This document shows positions 9,563 through 18,350 of a stretch of DNA of 32,000 nucleotides, in pieces. The translations under genes and the position numbers were made by a program. This stretch comes from Thermofilum adornatum. Lineage in GTDB: Archaea; Thermoproteota; Thermoprotei; Thermofilales; Thermofilaceae. Below the pieces are notes generated by a model. The model did no database searches. It worked only from the letters and a program-made list of their open reading frames with translations, and was not told the origin of the DNA. The stretch spans positions 1,020,001-1,052,000 of the forward strand of contig NC_022093.1 of the NCBI RefSeq assembly GCF_000446015.1, written 5' to 3'. Every line of letters starts with the position of its first letter. Position 1 is the stretch's first letter.

Positions 9563-10195
9563 TTACTGCTGTTGTATTCCCTTCTCTTTGAGTTTATTCA
9601 TTATTTTTGCAAGGACAAGTTTGGCTTCGTCCTCCTTTATTCCTAGATGCTTTGATGTAGCTTTTATATCGCCATTTATGGCGAGCATGGCGAGGATTCT
9701 GCGCTCTTTTTCGTTTTCTGCCAATCCGTTGGCTAGGGCTATTTGTGCAGCCTCAGATATCTTGTCGGAGTCAATATCTCTAGTTATCATTTCCGTCGGT
9801 AGGGGTTCTCTAAACCTGTTGAGATTATCTAGCGAGATGATTGTGACCCATTCGTCTTTCCCAATGTCTGGATAGATCTCTTTTAATGCGTTGATTAGCT
9901 CTTCTTTAGAACTAAAACCGTCCTTTACAGCGTCGTCATTTGTTAGTTCTCCGAGCTTAGTATATCGGACATATTTTACCCGGGCGGTTCCATGGATTTT
10001 CCCGTCGCTTTCAATATAAACAACGTCATATCTGGGCGTGACGATCCCCCTTCGGACAGTTGTCGTTTTTTCCCCGTTGAAGAGCTGGTCAATGTATTTT
10101 GCTTTGAACGATAATTTTCTGCCCAGCTTCCTGTTTATTATCTTCCTAGAGCCCCCCTCCATGTTTATAGGTTTCCTCCTCTGTTTTGAAGCCAC
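9563..10195 (-). CDS. ASCH (PUA-like) domain protein with a C-terminal helix-turn-helix
   Basis: ASCH-like core (KAKYIDQLFNGEKTTTVRRG ... GTARVKYVRYTKLGELTNDDAVKDGF). The C-terminal 60 aa are LuxR/sigma-70-r4-like (EKERRILAMLAINGDIKATSKHLGIKEDEAKLVLAKIMNKL). An alternative start at M12 (10162) is possible. Confidence 0.6.
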   Translation of the reverse strand: MASKQRRKPINMEGGSRKIINRKLGRKLSFKAKYIDQLFNGEKTTTVRRGIVTPRYDVVYIESDGKIHGTARVKYVRYTKLGELTNDDAVKDGFSSKEELINALKEIYPDIGKDEWVTIISLDNLNRFREPLPTEMITRDIDSDKISEAAQIALANGLAENEKERRILAMLAINGDIKATSKHLGIKEDEAKLVLAKIMNKLKEKGIQQQ

Positions 10196-10202
10196 ATGGT
10201 TT

Positions 10203-12104
10203 TTAAATCTTTTTCCTCTGCCTTGTAGTTTTCCTCCTCTTCATGGAGGATTTTTTCTTGGCCGAGGCATGGGAAGCTTCACTGTCTTCTTCTTGGTATA
10301 CCTTTTTCAATCCCTCTACGAGCTTTTCGGCAACCTTGTCTATGTTTTGTGCTAACTTGTCATAGTAGCTTAGAAACTCTTCGAGCATTTCCTGCACAAG
10401 CTCCTCCGGAGAAACTTCTCCATTAGCTATCTTTACAAGCTTAGACTCCATGCGCCCCCTTATCTCCGGCAAGACGAGTTCTGGGACTGTCTCATACAGC
10501 GAGACGGCAAGGGTTCTCCCGAGAGGTGTCGGTATAAGGCGCTTATTCTTCACTATAAAGTATTTTCTTTCAATGTTTGTGTGTATATGCTCCTGCATTG
10601 TCGCGTCTGTACCTATGCCGTACTTTTTCATTAGGGCTAGAAGCTCCGCCTCGCTGAGGTACTGTGGAGGCTGAGTGGTTCTCTCCTCTAGCTTTGCTTC
10701 TAAGACTCTCACCTCTTCCCCTTTGAGCAGGTATGGGAGGGGGTCATCTTGCGGTACACTGTAGGGGTAGACCTGATAGAATCCAAGGTAGACGACCTTG
10801 CGCCCCTCCGCCTGGAACTGTAACTTGTCTATGTTGACAATGATTTTTTGCTTCTCGATAATAGCGTCCTCGCTTAATGTGGCTAAGAAATGTCTAGCCA
10901 CGTATTCGTATACCCTCCACGCTTTCTCCCCAAACTTTCTAACAATCTCGTTCTTAGAGGCGGCCTTAGTTGGGTAGATTGGTGGGTGGGCTTTGTCGTC
11001 TTCACGTCCCTCCGTCGGTTTGAAGCCCTTTAAAAGCAGTTTTTTTACGTACCAGCCAGTGTTTTCCCACTCGCTGAACATCGAGAGTATATTCTTCAGG
11101 TTTAGAGTTGGAGGATACCTGGTTGTCTCGGTGCGTGGATAAGAAATGTAGCCGTTCGCGTAAAGAGTTTCAGCTATTGCGAGGGTCTCTTTTGGCCTTA
11201 GGTTAAGGAAAAGGCTACCCCTGCTCTCAAGGTACACTGTGTTTAGTGGAACAGGGGGCTGGATATTAACTGTCACGTATTCCGAGGAAGCTACGATTCC
11301 CTTACCAATGCTCTTCACAACGCTTAATGCTTCGTTGGCCTTAGAGGCATCGTCAAACGTCGCGTGGCCAGTAAATACTCCCTCGGGCGACTCGAATTTT
11401 ACTCTTAACACGTAGTATTTCTTCTTCTTGAAGTTTTCTCTCTCTAGTTCACGTTTTACAACCAAGTAGAGGACTGGAGTCTGACATGGACCATAGCTCA
11501 GGAATTTGCCTTTCGGCAAGAATCCGTTCCTCTTTTCTACCGACAGCGTGAGTATTCTCGTAAAGCTGGCGCCAATCGTGAGGTCGACGATCATCCTAGA
11601 GAAGGCCTTGTTTGCTAGGTTTTCGTTTGGCTTCCTGAAGTTTTTGAAGGCTTCTAGGATGTCTGTCCTCGTTATTGCGCTGAACCATGCACGTTTAAAC
11701 TCTAAGCTTGGGTTGGCCTGGGACATTATTCGCATGACTTCGAATGCTATGGCTTCCCCTTCCACGTCAGCGTCCAGGGCAAGTATCACTGTCGAGGTTT
11801 TTTGTGCAAGCTGTCTAAGAGCCTTTATGTATTTGTATGCTCCCTCCCGTGTCACTAGTATAGGCTTTATGAAGAAGAGCTGTCTCGGGTCAATACTGTT
11901 CCACTTGTTGTATTCCTTTGGGAAGTCAAAGTTAAGTATGTGCCCGCTTACTCCTATAGAAAGGCTCCTCGAATTATTCCAGTTAAACTCGTATGCAGGA
12001 ACACCCTCGATCTGTAATCTCTTTACGCTTGTCCCTCCAAGAAAGCTTGCAATTGCACGTGCAACAGAGTTTTTCTCAGCAACTATGACGTAGCCGTAAA
12101 TCAT
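10203..12104 (-). CDS. topA: Type IA DNA topoisomerase (archaeal Topo III/TopA-like)
   Basis: Toprim domain (VIVAEKNSVA, LALDADVEGEAIA) and active-site tyrosine motif ISYPRTET. There are no C-terminal zinc fingers; instead there is a K/R-rich tail (KKKSSMKRRKTTRQRKKI). Its ATG overlaps the upstream stop (ATGA at 12101-12104). Confidence 0.9.
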   Translation of the reverse strand: MIYGYVIVAEKNSVARAIASFLGGTSVKRLQIEGVPAYEFNWNNSRSLSIGVSGHILNFDFPKEYNKWNSIDPRQLFFIKPILVTREGAYKYIKALRQLAQKTSTVILALDADVEGEAIAFEVMRIMSQANPSLEFKRAWFSAITRTDILEAFKNFRKPNENLANKAFSRMIVDLTIGASFTRILTLSVEKRNGFLPKGKFLSYGPCQTPVLYLVVKRELERENFKKKKYYVLRVKFESPEGVFTGHATFDDASKANEALSVVKSIGKGIVASSEYVTVNIQPPVPLNTVYLESRGSLFLNLRPKETLAIAETLYANGYISYPRTETTRYPPTLNLKNILSMFSEWENTGWYVKKLLLKGFKPTEGREDDKAHPPIYPTKAASKNEIVRKFGEKAWRVYEYVARHFLATLSEDAIIEKQKIIVNIDKLQFQAEGRKVVYLGFYQVYPYSVPQDDPLPYLLKGEEVRVLEAKLEERTTQPPQYLSEAELLALMKKYGIGTDATMQEHIHTNIERKYFIVKNKRLIPTPLGRTLAVSLYETVPELVLPEIRGRMESKLVKIANGEVSPEELVQEMLEEFLSYYDKLAQNIDKVAEKLVEGLKKVYQEEDSEASHASAKKKSSMKRRKTTRQRKKI

Positions 12105-13237
12105 TTAGCCTTTTTCCTCTTATCTTCAGGTTTCTCGGCGTGTCTCCCACGAACTCCTAGCCCAAGTATTCTCTTGAGTGCTTCGTCTAGGAACCTGATA
12201 TATGTGCCCTGCTTCCCCACAAATGCGCCGTACTCTTCTGGGTCGACGTAGACAACAAGTTCTGCGCCCTCTATTTCTACACTCTCTATGTGTTTCCTAA
12301 TCCATCCAACAGGGTGTATAGCCTTGACTATTTCTCCAAGATCGTTGGTTAGCTCGATGGCCCTAATGTGTACACCTGCCTCCTCTTGGGCCTTATTTAT
12401 TCTTTCTCCCTTCTTACCGATCAGCCGGCTAAGTGTATTTTCCTTTGCGATGGCTAGAACATCGGGCGCGCTCTGCGAGGAATATTTTTCCTTGAGATCC
12501 TTGAGCCATACAACAGTCACTATGTCTGCGTCTGGCGCGTGGCTCTGCAACACGGCCTTAACTTTGTTTTCTTCTTCTGATAGACTACGCCTCCTAAGCC
12601 TCGACTCTAGTGCAAGCTTGAAGCCCCTCTTAGACCCCGGCCTCACGATGTCGTTTACACCCATGTTGATTACAAGTGACCTCTCCTCTCCCAATAACAG
12701 CTCGCGGGCTATTGCCGCCGTGTTCCTTGTTTTTCCCTCTAGGGCTTGTAGAACAGGGTCCCCCGCGATAACAAGCTTAGAGTTTCTTCCCACCCTTATT
12801 ATGGCTTCTGGAATAATCTCTGGGTTTAAGTACTGGACATCGTCTAGGAAAATAAGGCTGTTGTCGAATGTTCTCCCCGTAAGGAATTCGGGGTCTACGA
12901 AGACTATTTTTCTGCTATCCAAGAAGTTTTTGAGTTCCGGCAAGTCGATATAGTCTCCCGCAACGTCTAGGAGGTAGGATGACGCTGTTTCATAGTACAT
13001 TTCGCCTAGGGTTGAAGAGTCTAGGAGTTTTGACCTAGAGATGCTTACAAGGGGCCTAATTATGATCATTCTTTTGTACTTTTCTTCTCTCAGCTTCGAA
13101 ATGCCGTGGAGAATAACGACGAAGCTTTTCCCTGTGCCGCTTGGGCCAAATACGCCAACTATGTCTATGTCTGGGCTCTCAAGGGCGCCTACAAGCATCT
13201 TTTGTTTTTCGTTTACTGGTTCAAATTTGAGCGACAT
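12101..13237 (-). CDS. PhoH-like P-loop ATPase fused to two C-terminal KH domains
   Basis: Walker A GPSGTGKS, Walker B IFLDDVQY, and the PhoH GDPVLQ motif. KH GxxG motifs are IGKKGERI and VGKQGTYI. Confidence 0.8.
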   Translation of the reverse strand: MSLKFEPVNEKQKMLVGALESPDIDIVGVFGPSGTGKSFVVILHGISKLREEKYKRMIIIRPLVSISRSKLLDSSTLGEMYYETASSYLLDVAGDYIDLPELKNFLDSRKIVFVDPEFLTGRTFDNSLIFLDDVQYLNPEIIPEAIIRVGRNSKLVIAGDPVLQALEGKTRNTAAIARELLLGEERSLVINMGVNDIVRPGSKRGFKLALESRLRRRSLSEEENKVKAVLQSHAPDADIVTVVWLKDLKEKYSSQSAPDVLAIAKENTLSRLIGKKGERINKAQEEAGVHIRAIELTNDLGEIVKAIHPVGWIRKHIESVEIEGAELVVYVDPEEYGAFVGKQGTYIRFLDEALKRILGLGVRGRHAEKPEDKRKKAK

Positions 13238-13348
13238 GTATTTTCACCGTTTACAGTATTTCTTATTGAAGTCTTTTATTTCTTTATATGTACACGTGTG
13301 CTAGAAAGACTAAAATCCTGAAGCATCGAATCAATATTGTGGAGCTAG

Positions 13349-14224
13349 ATGTGGCAGCCAGACCGCTTGTATTTTGGGCCTGCAGGCATACCGACCACTC
13401 TAAAAAAGGGAGGTGTAACCGAGGGAATATTAGAGGTTAAAAGGCTTGGGCTCGACGCAATGGAGATAGAGTTTGTTAGGAGCATTTTTCTAAACGAGAA
13501 ATCTGCAGTAGAGGTCAAGAAACTGCGAGACCAGGTTGGCATAGTGCTTACTGTACACGCGCCATACTATATTAACCTTAACAGTCAAGAGGAGGCAAAG
13601 GTAAAAGCAAGTGTAGAGAGGATAATCAGGAGCGCGGAGATAGGCTATAAAGCAGGTGCATGGAGCGTATGTTTTCACGCCGGATACTACGGAAATAGCG
13701 ACCCCGAAGCCACATACAGAAAGGTAAAGGAAGGGGTTCAGACAGTCCTAAAACATCTCAGAGAAAATAGTATAGAGATCTGGATCAGGCCCGAAGTTCT
13801 TGGAAAGCCATCAGAGTTCGGAAGCCTCGAAGAGGTTATAAGGTTAAGTCAGGAGCTGGAAGGCGTGCTCCCAGTTGTCGATTTCGCCCATCTGCATGCC
13901 AGGACTGTGGGTGGGCTGAAGAGATACCAGGACTTTGCATCTATCCTTGAAAAAATCGAGAAAGGGCTTGGCAGATACGCTCTCGACAACATGCACATAC
14001 ACGTATCGGGCATAGAGTATGGCGAGAAAGGAGAAAAGCGCCACCTAAACTTGGCGGAGGCTGATCTGGAGTATAAGCTTCTCGTCAAAGCATTCAGAGA
14101 GTTCAACATTAAGGGTGTTGTCATCTCTGAGAGTCCGAACTTGGAGCAAGACGCCCTGTTGCTGAAGGAATTATTCTATGCGCCGGTAGAAAAGTCAAAA
14201 CGAAAGAGATCCCGGGAATCGTAG
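13349..14224 (+). CDS. nfo: Endonuclease IV-like AP endonuclease (xylose-isomerase-like TIM barrel)
   Basis: Family-2 AP endonuclease pattern: LTVHAPYYINL, VCFHAGYY, RPEVLGK, VVDFAHLHA, MHIHVSG. Confidence 0.7.
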   Translation: MWQPDRLYFGPAGIPTTLKKGGVTEGILEVKRLGLDAMEIEFVRSIFLNEKSAVEVKKLRDQVGIVLTVHAPYYINLNSQEEAKVKASVERIIRSAEIGYKAGAWSVCFHAGYYGNSDPEATYRKVKEGVQTVLKHLRENSIEIWIRPEVLGKPSEFGSLEEVIRLSQELEGVLPVVDFAHLHARTVGGLKRYQDFASILEKIEKGLGRYALDNMHIHVSGIEYGEKGEKRHLNLAEADLEYKLLVKAFREFNIKGVVISESPNLEQDALLLKELFYAPVEKSKRKRSRES

Positions 14225-15198
14225 CCCTCAAGCTTCTTGCCGAGGACATATTTGAGTTCGCCGGGATTTATCACAGGCCCAGGAAAGATGTCTGGGTCAT
14301 CTATCGTCAGACGTGGGCAAGCTGTGTTCACATAGGCATCATAATGCCCGAAGTTGAGTAGTACGTCTTTGCTGATCTCGTCTATCACCACTATGTCTGC
14401 TTTTCTGTTTTCGCGGAGAAGCCTCTTCTTGATGCTTTGGGCTAAGACTGGTCTGGCCTGGCCAGTTTTTGTCGACACAACGACGAGGAAGCTGTGAGCA
14501 TCCATCGCGGAGCTGATATCCCTTAAACGGCGCGATATAATGGGTCTCACATCTACCTTTTCATAGCTTTTTAGGTAGGGGTCAACTCTCCATACAGGTA
14601 TACCCATCCAGAGAGCGGCCCCGATCGCGTGGAATCTTCCACCAGCTACTATGAGAACAGCTTCTGCATCTCGAAGCGAGGCATAGTTGCATCCTATGAT
14701 CAGACCTGTAATGTTTTCTAGCGAGCCTGTTTCGACATGAAAGCCACTTTTTAATGCAAGGTTTTCTATTTCGTGTAGTCTACGGTGTAGCTCTACGGTC
14801 ACTCCTAGCGTAATTTTTTTGAAGCTATTTCTTTTGATGTCTTCTAGTGCATTGACCAGTGCGTCAGTGAATTCACCCTGGTAGTGGACTGGTACAAACA
14901 ATACTCTAACCTCTGTTGTTCTGGCTCCTACGAAGCCATGATGACCAACATGAAGTATTGTGTCGATGCCCATTGTTCTTGCCTCGTTAACTGCTATGTC
15001 GCATCCGCCCCAGGCATGGCTTCCTGAGAGGTAAGCCTCGTATCCTTCTTCTTCGAGCTTTTCAGATATAAGCCTTGAGATTTTTTTCAGTCCGTCCGGG
15101 GCCTGAACAAGAATTTTCTTGGCACTATTTTTCTTTAACCACTCTAATATTTTGCTAAACTCTATCTCGTAGTCATTCAAAGCGAGACTTCTCTCCAT
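14176..15198 (-). CDS. dph2: Diphthamide biosynthesis enzyme Dph2 (2-(3-amino-3-carboxypropyl)histidine synthase)
   Basis: Typical archaeal Dph2 organisation (ILVQAPDGLKK.., SGSHAWGGCD, LHVGH, ..NTACPRL) and a length of ~340 aa. Confidence 0.85.
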   Translation of the reverse strand: MERSLALNDYEIEFSKILEWLKKNSAKKILVQAPDGLKKISRLISEKLEEEGYEAYLSGSHAWGGCDIAVNEARTMGIDTILHVGHHGFVGARTTEVRVLFVPVHYQGEFTDALVNALEDIKRNSFKKITLGVTVELHRRLHEIENLALKSGFHVETGSLENITGLIIGCNYASLRDAEAVLIVAGGRFHAIGAALWMGIPVWRVDPYLKSYEKVDVRPIISRRLRDISSAMDAHSFLVVVSTKTGQARPVLAQSIKKRLLRENRKADIVVIDEISKDVLLNFGHYDAYVNTACPRLTIDDPDIFPGPVINPGELKYVLGKKLEGYDSRDLFRFDFSTGA

Positions 15199-16298
15199 GC
15201 CAATCCCAACTTGTCTGCATAGTTATATGCTTCACGTATCTCGCTCGGCTTCGGCCTCCTCGCTATCTCTCTCCACCTTTCTGGAAACCTAGCGACAAGA
15301 TGCTCTGGCCTATACTGGTCCATTACGTTTACAAGCGCTCTCGGACAATTTTTGGAAATCCATTCGAGGACAGGCTTTGTACAGCATTCAACGTGGCCTG
15401 GCAGAACCAAGTGTCTAATGATTATGTCTCTACCAGCCTCGCAGACCATCTTATGGTTCCGTGAGACTACCTCGAAATATTTTTGGACACCGGAAAGTCT
15501 CCTTGCACAGGCGTCGTTACCGTACTTGAAGTCGGGTAGCCATATGTCTACAATGTCCAGGAGGAGCTCTAGAGCCTCTGTGGACATATACATGTTTGTG
15601 TTCCAGAGAAGAGGTATATTTACATCCATGTACCTTAGCGACTCTAAGATAGCGTGAAGTTGCTGGTCAGGGTTTCCGCCGACATAGTTTATGTTCTTGG
15701 CCCCCCTCAGGTAAAGCTTTACAGCTATATCTGCGAGTTCCTGGGGGGTGACTTCTGCTCCATTCTCTACTCTTGTCGATATGTCCCAGTTCTGGCAGTA
15801 GACACATTTAAAGCTACATCCAGTGAAAAATATGGTTCCAGAGGGCACTAGTGGCGCTTCTTCTCCCATGTGGAGGAAGGCTGTAGCGACACGAACCCTA
15901 GAGTCAAGGCCGCATACCCCCTTCTCGCCCCTCGCCCTGTTTACTGAGCATCTCCACTCACAGAAGAAACATTTTTCAAGCATTTTCTTAGCGATTTGTA
16001 TCTTTAAGTCGAGATAAGAAACCCCTGGAATCTTGTTGCCGAGATTATCAACTGTGAATTCTCTATAAATTTTGGGAAAATCTTTCGCATAGTTACGGTG
16101 TATGTCTAGCAACTCTTCCACATCTGCGTCCTGTCTGAATTCTGCCGGGATTCTCTTTGCTACCCTGTAAAATGCTGGGGCTCTCTCTTCAAAAACAGCC
16201 TTGTAGTGGCTTAGACGCTTAACTACTTCTTCCTCTTGCCATACGGTTAGCGCGTCCGGCCTCAGATAGGATAATTCTACATCTCTGTTCCAGTACAT
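15177..16298 (-). CDS. Radical SAM protein, PflX-like (COG1313)
   Basis: CxxxCxxC cluster motif GCSFKCVYCQNWDIS, upstream CFFCEWRC..GVCG cysteine cluster, and HMGEEAPL. Its 3' end overlaps the dph2 start by 22 nt. Confidence 0.8.
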   Translation of the reverse strand: MYWNRDVELSYLRPDALTVWQEEEVVKRLSHYKAVFEERAPAFYRVAKRIPAEFRQDADVEELLDIHRNYAKDFPKIYREFTVDNLGNKIPGVSYLDLKIQIAKKMLEKCFFCEWRCSVNRARGEKGVCGLDSRVRVATAFLHMGEEAPLVPSGTIFFTGCSFKCVYCQNWDISTRVENGAEVTPQELADIAVKLYLRGAKNINYVGGNPDQQLHAILESLRYMDVNIPLLWNTNMYMSTEALELLLDIVDIWLPDFKYGNDACARRLSGVQKYFEVVSRNHKMVCEAGRDIIIRHLVLPGHVECCTKPVLEWISKNCPRALVNVMDQYRPEHLVARFPERWREIARRPKPSEIREAYNYADKLGLAWREVSL

Positions 16299-16387
16299 GG
16301 TTTGCCTTCTTTAAGTATGATTTGTTGTAGGGGGCTTTAAGCTTACCTGCTTGTTTTACGTTGAATTATTAATCTTAGAATATATGA

Positions 16388-17098
<711 letters not shown>

Positions 17099-17099
17099 G

Positions 17100-17112
17100 T
17101 TTTTCTTTTTTT
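17100..17112 (+). terminator. T-rich tract immediately after the tpiA stop
   Basis: TAA at 17096-17098 is followed by TTTTTCTTTTTTT. Confidence 0.45.
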
Positions 17113-17292
17113 AGAGGCTCAGGAACTAGCCCTTACGTCATCCTATGTTTGTCGTAACCCGGATTTGCAATCATCGCCACTTATCCATAGGGATGATTGT
17201 TTTATTAGATTTATCGTTTTGGCGCCGTGCGAGGAGCTTAGTGCTTGACCGAAATTTTGTTGAGCGATACAAAATACTTGTGTTTCTAGGTT

Positions 17293-17982
17293 TTAAAATG
17301 TTAGGAGGAGTATAGTGTAGATAAGGTAGCCTATGGACAAGAAGAAAACATAGGGAGCAAGTGTGACTGCCCAGAATTCGTCCAGTCCTGGGTTCTCTAC
17401 TTTTTCTGGAATCATGGGGCTTAGCTCTATTGTTAGTTTGTCTCCTTGTTTTTGGGTAGAGGGAATATACATGTAGCTTTTTTCTTCGTATTCCCTTCTA
17501 CTGATATATCTCATTGTCAGCATTGCGAGGGCTTTGACTAGAGATCCTGCTTCGTAGCCTGCAAAGCTTCCATGTTTAAGGTTCCAGTAGAGATTATAAC
17601 AGGTATACAGCAAGGTTGGAACAAGTGAGAGAATAATCACTGAGCCTAGGGGAAACAACGTGATTATATGGTAGCCAGGTGGCTCAAATAAGCTTATAAA
17701 GGCAAATGCAATCGCGTCGGCCTCGCCTGTAAGCTTCAATTTTAGGGTTAGGATTGCTATTAACAGGCCGAGAAAAAGGGAAAACAGATAAATCTGTAGG
17801 TATGTGGGTGTCCGGTTGTATACTTCAAAAAATGTAAGTGGGGCCAGTATAATTGAGGGATATACCCATGTTTTATCGTCTATTTCCCGTGTTTTGTAGT
17901 CTTGGTAACCTGCATAGAGTAAGGCTGAAATAAGCACAATTCTGCGGTAAACCGGGACAAGGTCGTAGAAATATATAGACAT
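17293..17982 (-). CDS. A24-family aspartic prepilin/preflagellin peptidase homologue (PibD/FlaK-like) membrane protein
   Basis: Polytopic membrane protein. The first catalytic Asp context is YQDYKTREIDD and the second is a GxGD-like LTGEADAIAF (G-to-E and K-to-I deviations from GGADAK). Confidence 0.65.
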   Translation of the reverse strand: MSIYFYDLVPVYRRIVLISALLYAGYQDYKTREIDDKTWVYPSIILAPLTFFEVYNRTPTYLQIYLFSLFLGLLIAILTLKLKLTGEADAIAFAFISLFEPPGYHIITLFPLGSVIILSLVPTLLYTCYNLYWNLKHGSFAGYEAGSLVKALAMLTMRYISRREYEEKSYMYIPSTQKQGDKLTIELSPMIPEKVENPGLDEFWAVTLAPYVFFLSIGYLIYTILLLTF

Positions 17983-17991
17983 TTGTTGCGC

Positions 17992-18315
17992 CTAGAAGCC
18001 AAAGAGGCCAGCAAGTCCTTCCTCGACTGTTTCCTCCTTGACTTCCTCTTTCTTTTCTTCTTTCTTCTCTTCTTTCTTTTGCTCTGCAGGTGCTTGTGCG
18101 GGAGCAGCGGCGGGAGCTGCCCCTCCAACAGCCACCGGCAAAGCGGCTGTCTTAATTGCTTCTTCAATGTTTACCTCTTTCAGCGCCGCGACCAGGGCTT
18201 TTACACGGACGTCGTCGACTTGTATGCCGGCTGCTTCAAGTATTTTCTTGACTGATTCTTCGTTTATTTCTTTTCCTGCATGGTATAGCAACAGACTTGC
18301 GTAAACATATTCCAT
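17992..18315 (-). CDS. rpl12: Ribosomal stalk protein P1 (aL12/L12e)
   Basis: [18 protein letters not shown]-terminus, an Ala/Pro hinge, a K/E-rich tail, and the universal C-terminal [10 protein letters not shown]. Confidence 0.92.
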   Translation of the reverse strand: MEYVYASLLLYHAGKEINEESVKKILEAAGIQVDDVRVKALVAALKEVNIEEAIKTAALPVAVGGAAPAAAPAQAPAEQKKEEKKEEKKEEVKEETVEEGLAGLFGF

Positions 18316-18350
18316 TCAGACCACCGATGCATTTTTCGAAATATCTGTGG

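Noticed and set aside
11506-12953. Long antisense ORFs (195 aa at 11506-12093; 221 aa at 12288-12953) opposite the topA and PhoH-KH genes
   Set aside because: They are S/L/F-rich shadow frames nested inside genes with clear catalytic motifs.
17880-18304. A K/R-rich 95-aa ORF and F/L/S-rich 88-90-aa ORFs around the P1 gene
   Set aside because: They are alternative frames or strands of the repetitive GAA/AAG-rich region encoding the K/E tail of P1.
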